The translations under genes and the position numbers were made by a program. Below are positions 37,363 to 48,300 of a stretch of DNA of 64,000 nt, piece after piece. Every line of letters starts with the position of its first letter. The first letter of the stretch is position 1. The stretch covers positions 7,156 through 71,155 of the forward strand of contig JAUCBJ010002801.1 in assembly GCA_032718475.1 (NCBI GenBank), in the 5' to 3' direction. This DNA comes from Nemertoderma westbladi (taxonomy: Eukaryota; Animalia; Xenacoelomorpha). A model generated the notes under the pieces. That model was not told where the DNA came from. It was given only the letters and a program-made list of their open reading frames with translations, and made no database searches.

Positions 37363-40190
37363 TAGAACTCAAACGGCTCTATTTCACTATGATGTATCTT
37401 ACCGCCGATCGACCGCTACCTGTCGTCCCAGATAGCTTCGAACAGATGGAGGAATATTGTAAAACTGGAGAACGATCACCCGCGTTTCCCCTGCAGGACG
37501 TGCGTCTTTGGTATTACTGCGATGAATGCCCTAGACCCAATCAGCAAACGGAAAGACATAAGCATCCGCGGAAACGTTGCGCTAAACACAGTTTTACACG
37601 ATACACTTATGGAAGTTTCGAGCGAAACCTGTTCGACGTATCACCTACGCTCGCTCGACTCAAACAATCCTTAAATAAACCCATGATCAGAGTTCCGGAA
37701 TACTCGGTCAGACCTCCTCATTCCTTAGTGAGACCTCAAACGCTTGATCCTAATAGTATAACGGATCTCCCTGAACTGTACTCACTATTTAAAGATCTTG
37801 TGTTACCCGAACAATTAATCGGTGGCACTCCGGTAGTGGGCTCGCTAGATATTCGCCCTTCCTACCTAGCCGGATTGGGACGCGGGCATCTAATATCGCC
37901 GTTCAACCCGTACAATCGTCCCGGTTTAACCCCGATACAACCCGTCACCGAAGTCGAGGAGAGCGTTGTACGAAACGCGTTAGACGCTATTCGGCAGAAG
38001 ATCGGAAAAGGAACTTACGATTGTCTAGAGAAACGCAAATTGCAGCAACAAGTCCAAGCGGTGAAAGAATTAGCTTTACCCCAGTTCGATCGAGAAATCC
38101 AGAACCTCGAGGAAGACATCAAACGTGGATGAACCTATTCTCTGCAAGAGTTCCTAGACGAGCGTTTACAACAACAAGCGGAGGAAAATCAGCTCGAAGA
38201 GAAACACATAGAAATGGATGAGAGAGAAGAAGCAGCTTTAGCCCAGCCAGAAGCTCAAATCCTTATGACTGATCTCTATTCTAAAACCATCATCCATCCT
38301 TCGATGGTTCCTCATTTCGGAGACAAACTCTTCGCCACGGCACAACCTCAACCGGTTGATATCAACCTAAGATCTCGAGATCTTATCGCTGACGCTCCTA
38401 TGTTGCAACGTCCGCCAATCGAGGCCGCTCGTGTCGACGGTATACTCGTTGAACCTCCGGACAATAGAGTGGATCTTGTCCGTCGTATGGTACACGAGGT
38501 CAACATACGCGCTAGACCTTTACCGAACTCGTTTTATGGGATCAAAGATCACCCTTATTATGTCAATCTAACTCAATATTACATGGTAAAACCGGAAGAT
38601 CCTACACATAGTCTAAGGTTTCTACCACTAATAAATCCTCTCGATCTTGTCGAACTCGAACAACTGCAGAAACATCTGGATCAGTTAGTGAAAGTAAACT
38701 CCTTCCGAAAACCCTATAATGTTTCCAGAATAGAGAAAGATACAATACCTCCGTATAATCTCAATGGATTTATCAAAACTCGATTAGTCCACTGGAATCT
38801 CGACGTGTTATTCAAGGAGGAAAGAATACAACGATATGGAGATGTAGAAACATATACTACACAGTATTTGAAGTATAGAGATCTACCTAATGCTAACGAA
38901 TGCGCCACCTTGTGGCATCCAGTGGGAATGACTCTAGAAAACGCCACTAAAGAGTGGAACGAAACTCTTAACGTTATCGAGATGTATGGAGTTGTCACTT
39001 ACGATAACGAAGGTAGCGTTCCGGTTGGAGAACTGGGAACTACGCGCATGATACATATACGAGGACTAGCTGGTTCTACCCACATATTTACTCGAGCGTG
39101 TTCCGATGTGATTGATTATTCTTTTGAGACCCTCACCGAGATACAAAAGAAACTCCGACATGGACAATTCGAACTCGTGCAGCGTTACGTCACTGACACC
39201 GAGCGCAAACCAGCCATGGGTATCGATGGATCGATGTTACCCCAGCCCGTGCTCGAGATGTTGTTTAACGAAAGAATACTTAAAATCGGCTCAGCTGTTT
39301 ATGGAGATCTCCAAAACGACTTTAGGAACATGAAGAATATCCCATATCCTTTCGTAGATACTCAGCTGATTGCTCCCTGGGCAGAAGGCCGAGGTTTCTT
39401 TCGAACTATGTATGCCAATACACCCAGCGGCATCACTAAAGTACAACGACCCTCCATCGGACATCTTGCCTTTCAAGAATACGGATGGAATTTCAAGGTC
39501 GGAAATCCTATCAACTATCAACAAGTATATGGAGATCATTATTCTCGATTATACTTCGATGGACCATTGACAGCACCAGGTGTCGTGTATAGCTTCATGA
39601 GTGTTCCACTTCGTCCCTCCTTAGCTATATACACGATCTTTGAAAACGCCGCACTTGCCGGTTGGCTAGCCGATGTGTGCAGTCGTACTATACGCGCCCA
39701 TCCCTTAATACTTGGAACCAAACTCGCCAAGCTAGATGAACACAATAAATTCATCCGCTTCGAATGTTTCAGGCGCTTTCTGACTCCGTTCCGTAACGTT
39801 GATAGTCAGTTCAAGGACCGCGCTCTGACTAAGCTCAGCCTAAGAGACTCAGCAGCTGAGAAGTTAGACAGCGCTGGATTCGCCATTTTCAAGGACGTTT
39901 GTATACAGAACTTACATTCCTCTGTTATACAAAGACCTCGAATACCCACGGGTTATTCTATCGTGGAAGTTCAGACAGTGGGTTCGCTTGAGGAGACAGC
40001 CGCACCTACCTCAGCTATGCAATTGGAAGACGAACCAATATGCTTAGAATCCAAGGAGATTCAGCTTACAGCGCCCCGGAGCAGCGACAACGACTACGTC
40101 TTGGAATGGTATCAAGGTCCACAATGTCTCACCGCATACGATTATCGGCACACCAACTATGTTTTGGTGTTTATGTTTTGGTTTTTATAA
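37359..40190 (+). CDS. BEL accessory ORF B (~940 codons, one in-frame TGA at 38130-38132) with a DEDDy 3'-5' exonuclease-like domain
   Basis: Track ORFs 37359-38132 and 38214-40190 are in frame; sister copies have CGA/CAA at the TGA. Motifs VVTYDNEG, LPQPVLEMLFNERILKIGSAVYGDL, FVDTQLIA, SIGHLA and PLRPSLAIYTIFE resemble WRN/EXD/RNase D exonucleases. The C-terminus is probably non-native. Confidence 0.72.
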
Positions 40191-40830
40191 CTGTTTTGGT
40201 TATTGATTTATGTTCTGGAACATATTATTGTAGACTCATTACATGTTAAATTTTTGTGGTAGCTAGTGTTTTTATAGTAGCTACTGTAATTTTTTTTAAT
40301 AAAAAAAATCTTATTTTTTTAAATTAATGTTATTTGCGTTGTACTGTATGCACGGTAGCACAACATTATTTTCAAGAACTCTTATGAGTGGTGTCAATCT
40401 GAATATATTACGAAAGAATATCCTTTGTAACGTTCCATAACATAAATCAATAGTCAAAAACAACTATAAAAAAGGCAGAATAATGGTGACACGGGCTAAA
40501 CTACCCTAGTACCGATGGTACTCATAGCCTTTGAAATATAATTTATACTTTTATAATATATCACTTTTAGAATATTAATATACATATGTAATCAACGAAA
40601 CGAACTATTTATATATTTTTCACTATCATCATCGAGAATTAACCCCTTAAGAGTAGCTACTACAAAAAATATCATGTTGGATGAATGTAAACTATCTTCT
40701 AGAAAACTAGTACCAATTCATTATATTATTAAAGTAGACACCATTTAGGTAAATAACGTTTGTAAAATGTAAAGTATCGAGATATTTTCTAATAAAGGCC
40801 AACAAACTGCCCAATAAGGTAAACTACACC

Positions 40831-41738
40831 ATGAATTACGAAGACTTCAGCAGTATCAGCCCCCCAACCCGCTGGAGTTTGACCCAACCATCCGACAGAT
40901 CCGACACATCTCACCGACTGGACACTGCCGTCCGACCTGCCATTCTCTCCCACCCCATCCTGAAGGAAGACGACCAAGTCTACCGCTACAGAATGGATAA
41001 TCCCAACCGGGGTATCGCCATTATCATTAATGAGATTAACTTTGACCGCGTACGTCCACGACTCCTCCCTGAAGCGAGACACAAAGCCGGAGCCGACATC
41101 GATGGTAACAGTTTCTTCGAGGCTTTGGAGCATCTCGGCTTCACAGTTTTTCTCTACAACGACCTAACTATGCGCGAGATTCATGATCTGGCTAAACACA
41201 TTGCTAAACTCGACCACACATCCAACGACATGCTTATCTTCTCTGTCTTTAGCTACGGCCGCGATTATAACTGTGACAATTATACGATATATGCGGTGGA
41301 CGACGATTTCGATGCCTGTATGATTACCTCGAAATTCCGACCGAGAGAAGCGCCAACTCTGGTGGCTAAACCGAAAGTTGTTATATTCCAGGTGTGTCGG
41401 GGAACTGAAGCGGATCCCGGTTGGCAGGAGGAGCATTCAGACTTTGGAATTATGCAAATGAACAGCGACAAGGATATGTTGATCTGCTATGCTGCCTCGC
41501 CGAAACACATCGCGTTTAGGAACGCAGAGACGGGGTCCTGGTATATCGAGGCATTATCTAAGGCTCTCTAAAGAAATGGGGCTTCCGTTTGAGTTTACAG
41601 CAGATCCTAACGAGAGTTAACTACATTGTCGCTTACCAGTACGAGAGTCATGACTTCAAAGAAGAGTACAACAGGAGGAAAGAGATCCCCTGTATCTCAT
41701 CCAGGCTAACGAAAGACATATTCATGACTCAAAAATAA
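40831..41738 (+). pseudogene. Intronless effector caspase-like gene (caspase-3/7 type), frameshifted at ~41565
   Basis: RGIAIIINE, LGFTV..YNDLT, SYG (for SHG), KPKVVIFQVCRG, GSWYIEAL. Removing one CT restores ALKKWGFRLSLQQILTRVN...KEIPCISSRLTKDIFMTQK*. AATAAA at 41761. Confidence 0.9.
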
Positions 41739-41818
41739 TATTGTACCTGTTGTAATTTGAAATAAACATAAATAATAGTGACGGGGGTCTACAGTAGAAG
41801 GCCCGATAAGGAACCAAC

Positions 41819-43005
41819 TGTAAAAGCTTTTGCGGAATTAGCCGGTTATTTTTACCGCAAAGTACTCTGTAGGTGTTTTAACGGACATCAAAAGCCGTTT
41901 CCTTACTGTACTGGTGTTTTAGTGGACATAAAAAGCCATTTCTTCTGTATGTGTACTTTGGCGGACATAACTAGCAATTCTATGTCGCAATACGCTAAAT
42001 CCTCTTGAAACAGTGTAGTTACTATGACGACAGCTAACAGCTGATCTGTACAAGTGTAGCTTTTTCCTTGTTCTCTGTTGTTTCTTTGTTCGGTCAACCA
42101 ATCAGAGCGATTCTCCTGCTTTTTGTACAGAAACCTCCGGGAAATCGCGCAATGCATTATGGGTCAATGTTTACCTTTTTTCCTGAGCCCAGAAGACCGG
42201 CTTTGGAATCTCTGTGTTTTCAGGCTTTAGCCCAACATTAGTAGGCTTAATCACAGAAACGTATATCTGTTATCTTAACAAATCAATCATAACATAACTC
42301 ACCTAATCATATTGTCAACTACAAACACCGCATTTTTACTGCTATTTACTGTCGGTCATTAATTATATCGGTTGATGGAATATTATTATATTTGGATAAT
42401 ATCGATCAATAATCAGAAACCCCAATCTTCTTGGTATACTGAAGGTTAGAGAGACCGGTTACATATAACAATTGCGACTTACATTAAAGTGGTTTTGGAG
42501 TGAATCTAATGCTATTTCATAGGCACTACATGAGACGGTTGTTGTTCTCTTTATATGTGACTAAAATTAGTGAAGGTCGGCAGATCAGTGTGCAGCATTG
42601 TGCAGTAGTGTGTATGATTGTGACTGATAACAAAGCATCTCCTAAAGAATGCGCTATATACGTAAATCCATAGCCATCCCGTTGTGTCTAGTTTAAGTCA
42701 TAACTCTGTTTACATATTTAGAGCGCCACGTCCTAAAGGAACTGTTAATATTTCCCGAAAGTGAATAATATTTGTCAGAGATTATATATTACGATCAGTC
42801 GAATAATACAGTAGGCCTACATCGCAATCAGGTTAGGCTTCCGAATCCAGTCTCCCGGGTATATCCAGCGGGTGAATGGTCGCGCATAGACTGGCTTCGG
42901 CTAATGTAGTGTATCAAATACTCATCATAGGCTAAAGTCGATTTATTATCTAGAAGACATCCAAATTTGGCAGGTTAAACTGCTAAAGGTCTGAAAGCGC
43001 GAACA
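41819..43005 (+). repeat. BEL-3 5' LTR
   Basis: TGTAAAA...GCGAACA; near-identical to 53381-54567. Confidence 0.96.
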
Positions 43006-43017
43006 ATAACAGATATA
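43006..43017 (+). promoter_or_regulatory. Non-tRNA primer-binding site ATAACAGATATA, perfect complement of LTR 42262-42273
   Basis: 12/12 reverse complement of TATATCTGTTAT. Confidence 0.82.
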
Positions 43018-43389
43018 ACTTCAGAAATATAGTTGTCTATTGTTCTGGTAAGAACAATAACAGATATAAAATTCTGATTGCAGTGTAGGCAATAAATGCA
43101 GTTTAATATTGTTCTGGTAAGAACAATAACGGTTATTGCTTCTGTATTGCAGTAGGCAATAAAGCTGAAGTACCAGTCAACCAGTACCCAGTAGGCCTGA
43201 CTACCTAACTACCCGAACCGGTACTTACAGCAGTACAGGTACAGGAGTATTATTCGATTTTGATAATTATATACCGGTAGGCCTTAATATTTAATCAGGG
43301 AGGGCCCGCCCTGGTTTTTATTGAGATTTTACTTATTTATTTACTTGTAGGTTAATATTGAGCAGAAGACGTGTAAGCCTGCCCAGATT

Positions 43390-43980
43390 ATACAGATAAT
43401 TTTTAGGCTGGACTGTTGTCTGACTGTTGATAAGTCTGAAGAGATTGTAGTGTGTGTAGAGCGTATGTCCGAAAAAGTACTAGTTAGGAAAGTAGGGGCT
43501 TCCAGTGCTGTGAGGTAAATCCCCTCGAAAGAATAAGTCGTACTACTCGGTTAGAACGCATACTAACTAACCATTTTGGAGTCTGCATATACTGTAGTTT
43601 GTTTAGGCTTGATAGTAGTCTGCCAGAGTTTGGTCTGTATTTTGTATGTGTAGTCTGTATGGGTAGCGTAATATTTCTTATTTAGATAATTTGTAGGCTG
43701 GATTGTTGTCTGGCTGTTGTTAAGTTTGAAGAGATTGCGGTGTGTGTAGAGTGTATGTCCGATAAATTACTAGTTAGGAACGTAGGGGCTTCCAGTGCTG
43801 TGAGGTAAATCCCCTTGAAAGAATAAGTCGTACTACTCGGTTAGAATGCATACTAACTAACCATTTCGGAGTCTGCATATACTGTAGTTTGTTTGGGCTT
43901 GATAGTAGTCTGCCAGAGTTTGGTCTGTATTTTATTTGAGTAGTCTGTACGCGTAGCGTAATATTTATTATTCAGAGTTT
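43390..43980 (+). repeat. ~300 bp tandem duplication in the 5' leader
   Basis: The unit AGATAATTT.TAGGCTGGA...GAATAAGTCGTACTACTCGGTTAGAA...GTAGCGTAATATTT occurs twice. It is also doubled in BEL-1 (~14690-15260) and single in BEL-2. Confidence 0.85.
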
Positions 43981-45308
43981 ATGCGATTATTCGCAACATT
44001 CACAACCCCAAGTTTATTCCTACATTAATTGTGCTTGTTATACATACCGTTATAGTTAAATTAACCCCGGCACTACATCAGGGCTGCTTGGCGTAGGTAA
44101 AGACTGGTGATTTTGTGCCCCGGTCACTCCAGCAGATACCGTGGTTCTTTTAGCTGTACAAGTATTTCTAACTGCTGATTATTTGTTGCATAAGTACTTG
44201 TACCTAATTTAGGGTTTAGTGTACAGTGCTTTCCGAAGGTAATTAGTGTGTAGGCAGTATATTTGTGTTGTAAGGTGGTTAATAGGCACGTTGGTTCTGG
44301 TAGACCGCGGTAATTAACTTCTAGGTAGGAACACTCCGTGATACATAACGTAGTACTTATAGCTATACGGCTATAAGTCGTCAGACGGTGGTATTTTTCC
44401 TATCTGGACAACGCAGTATATTTACTACTGCTTTATTATTTTCAAATACCGTAGTACCCTGTCCGTTGTAATAACCAGATATTCTAACCCTTTGTTAGGC
44501 TGGTTTGTAGACTTCTTGTAAAATTACCCTAAAAATTCGTACGTGTAATTTTTGTGTTTATTTAGAGATTGTAATCTCACCCCGAATTGTACGTAATTTG
44601 TAGTATTAAGTAACTTAGGTAAATTAGAATTATTTGTTTTAGTGTCCAACAAGTAGCACTTCACTGAGAGCGCACAGCTTCTGTGTAGTGACTCCTTCCC
44701 AGAAATAATAACATTTATTTCAAACATTGACAAAACCCATTATAAGGGTATATATATATTATAAATCAACTCAAACCGATTTATAAATAGTAGGCCTGTC
44801 ATACAACAATTAGGTCTTAATATCAGTTGGACTACTGCTTAAATAACGGTGATAAAGTAAAGTAAAGTAACCAAGTAACCCTAAAATTCAGAAATTCAAT
44901 TATTCTAAAATAATTGACATACCGGTATTTACAATAGGCTTATTATATTTATTTCTATAAATTTAGGCTGAAATTATACCGGTATTTTGTAATTAATTCT
45001 AGTCCATAATTATACTTATATATACTATAAGTGTAAGCTGTATACCGGTATTCACGATAGGCCTATTATATATTTATATATATTTGTGCTGAGATTACAT
45101 ACCGGTATTCTGTGACAAACCTAGTCTGTAATAATACTTATATATATATACTATAAGTGTATACCGGTATTCTAATATATTATATATATATATCACGCTA
45201 CACTGAGTAGCAGTATCGGTAATTAATTACTAGGCTAACAGTGATACTGAATTACTAGACTTGCTTTAACTGTAATATAGTAGTAGGCATTCAACTGTAC
45301 AAACAAAC

Positions 45309-48300
45309 ATGTCTGACACAAAGCAAAACCTGTCAGACAGTCTCCTAGATACAACCATCTGTGACCCAGACAGGAGTGTGGAACGTGTGAGACCGAAGTT
45401 CAATTCACCTCCTACTGTAAGAAAGATCATTCCCCCAGTAGTAATATCAGACCCTAGGCTAGTCCAACATTGTAGGTCTATCATAGGCACTCGAGCCCAA
45501 GTCAAGCGGGACCAAGAAGAAGCGGAACAGCAGCAACACTCGAGCCGAGAACTTATTTCTCAGCGGCCCGACAGCTCCAGTGGTGCGGATACTGTAGAGC
45601 TGACACCCGAGCGCGGAGCTAAGATGGCAGATGCGGTTTATTCGGATCCCCTTCTCATCCTTCCTGCAGCCGTACTCACTAGGGTATTGATTGCGGTGGA
45701 GGAACACCAGATTGATTGGGCGAGAAGTAAGCGATCGACCAAGGATAGTTATGCGGGATATACAAGGGAAGAACTGAAGTCTATTGTCGAGTCGCAATGG
45801 AACTTCCCCGGACCCGGACTCCCGTTTGACTTATCGGAAGCTGCCTGGGAAGACATACACAGGATGGGAGTGACAAAGGAAACTAGCGATCCAGCTGTAT
45901 GGAAGAGGTCAGCAGCCGGATACGTACAGGGATTCTTCAGCTCTATGGAGCGATTAGAGGAACAATTGTTTCGACAACCACAAGGACCTCAAGAGCAGGG
46001 AGAGCAGCTTTATCAAGTTAGAGAAAGAATTCTAAGAATCAGACTAATCTTATCTGCCTTTGAGGAGGCTTCGAAAAGAAGACAAGACACGTCGTTGCAA
46101 GTTGCCGTAAAGACTTGGTTACAGCAGGTAAGTCTCCAAGTTCAAAGAACTGCCCCGTGGAAATCTCAGTTGGATGAGCGCTCAACCCATGGGGAATCAA
46201 CAGACGCTACCTTTTCCCAAGTGGAAAGCGAAGCGACAGCAGAGAAACCGCATAAGAGGGATGCTATTGACATCTATCTGTCAGACTATCAATGATTTGT
46301 AGGTGACGAAGAGTTGAGGAGACGGCTGGATGGACTTAGCCCTAATAGTGAAGGAGCCAAGCTTGTGTTGGACGCAATCGATGCGGATATGATAGCTGCA
46401 AACCAAGCTAAATTTGATGAAAGCATCCGCATCGCTAAGGTTCAAGAAGAACAAGTAAAGAAAAAACGTATAGAAGATAGAAAGACAGCAGCAGCAGCAG
46501 TGGCAGCGGCAGAAGCGGAAAGAAAAGCGGCAGAAGTGGATAGAAAAGCGGCAGAGGCAGTGGTAGAGGCAAAAGTGGCAACAGTAGAAGCGGAAAGAAA
46601 AGTGGCAGCGGCAGAAGCGGAAAGAAAAGCGGCCGAAGCGGAAAGAAAGATAGCAGTGGCAGAAGCAGAACGGAGGGCATCTGAAGAGACAACCCAACTA
46701 GAGTTGGAAAATCTTCAAGAGAGGCAAGACAACTTCAATAAACAGTTAACAGCTAGTAATATGCAGATGATGAATCGATCTACTCCCAAAAGACAGGGAT
46801 ATACATCATCTGATGAAGGCGATACCACCGATCCTGAAGGCGGAGGAAATAGATCTCGTCTAAGCAGACGTAGAAGAATGTCCCACCGTCAGAAATTGCC
46901 TGATTTGCCCCCAGCTGTTAGCAGGCAACTAACTAACACAGGCTTAGGTAGTACAGAACCCACAGACCAAATAATTAAAATAGAAAGACTCCCTACTATA
47001 GTAGATGAGCCTGAAATAATTAGGCCTGTTCTCGAAGCCACCCCTTCGGTGATAGAGACACCTGTACTCCCTGAACCTACCTCTAAATTCCCTCTGCACA
47101 GCACTAAGCTACCTGTGCCCCACAGAACCACCCCTGAAAATGTTCATGTCCTGGACTCCGAGCGAAATATTAATGATTTGTCGCCCGTTGTCCCTCGTCC
47201 GCCCGCTACAACGTTGGCGCCTCCCGCTTCGGCGGTCGAGTGGGTAGATGAGGGACGATGGGAGATGGGTCTCCTGCTCGGGCAGCTGAGGGAACACCGT
47301 TCTTGCTCCTCTCAGCAGGTCCAGGAGATGGGGGAGACTGTGCAGCAGTTAAAGGGAACAATTAGAGAGGGTAGGTTAGAGTTGCAAGAAGTGCAGCAAA
47401 GTATCGCGTTAGAACGCGACAAACTAGTAAATCTCCAAAAGGGTATACCACCACCCCCTGTAACAATGTGTCAACCTGTTAGGTCTGAAGTATTTCATGC
47501 GCAAGGTGTGGAGCCTACACGCATCTATACTGCTAGTGAAGTGGAAACTCCTATAGTAAACCCTATTAAGGGTAATTATAAACCTGTTGACAATGATATT
47601 CCATATAGACTTGATCATAATCCGAGAAATTTATATACCGATAACTCGATATTAAATAACACGATGGCCCAAGAAAGTTTTACGCGTCAAATGGCTAGAA
47701 CCGAAGCCCGTCAAGCGGTAAAGGTGGGAGAGATCGTCAAGTTCAATGGAGATGAGATGAAATGGTTACCTTTTAATGAATATTACAAAGATAACATACA
47801 GAACTCTGTGCTATCTAACGGAGAGAAACTTAGATTCCTCATCGAGTGCTTGGAAGGATCTCCCAAGTTAATGGCGTTAAAGTTTATTGGACATCCAGAT
47901 GGATTAAGACAAGTTTGGGATACCCTAAACATCAGGTATGGTAATAGGAATAACATAGCTAGGTATTTGTATGCAAAATTGGTAGCGCCCCGAAAATTCA
48001 TTAGCAGCGGGATTATAGAGTTTTCCGATGAGATTCAGGAGATCTGTAGACAATTAGATTGGCTAGGTAAGTCTCATGAATATCAGAGTTCTATGGTTAT
48101 TGGAGCCGTGGCCTCTACTTTACCGAAGGGTGGAGTAGGTACACGCTGGGATAAGAAAGTGTTATATATGATGGAACAGCAACGACGAGACCCTACCATG
48201 GCTGATCTCATGTCATTCTTAGATGGAGAAGTGAAATTACAGCTCCTAAAGCAGTCCAGAGAGAAGACACCGGAAAACAAGGTAAGTGAGAAACCCGTTT

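Larger units (their letters stand above)
24299..40160 (+). mobile_element. BEL/Pao LTR retrotransposon copy 2 (autonomous-type layout with extra ORFs; 5' LTR clipped, 3' end missing)
   Basis: LTR homology from ~24299; complete gag-PR-RT-RH-IN; accessory ORFs. No PPT or 3' LTR found; the right end is estimated from a compositional shift. Confidence 0.9.

Noticed and set aside
40100-40190. Hydrophobic C-terminus (YVLVFMFWFL) as an env transmembrane anchor
   Set aside because: It derives from T-rich sequence at the apparent truncation point; sister copies indicate a basic native tail.
41819-43005. LTR shared by BEL-2 and BEL-3 as a tandem array, which would make the caspase internal to BEL-2
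   Set aside because: This LTR is preceded by the CCAAC TSD rather than the PPT, is near-identical to 53381-54567 and is diverged from the BEL-2 5' LTR, so BEL-3 is an independent insertion.
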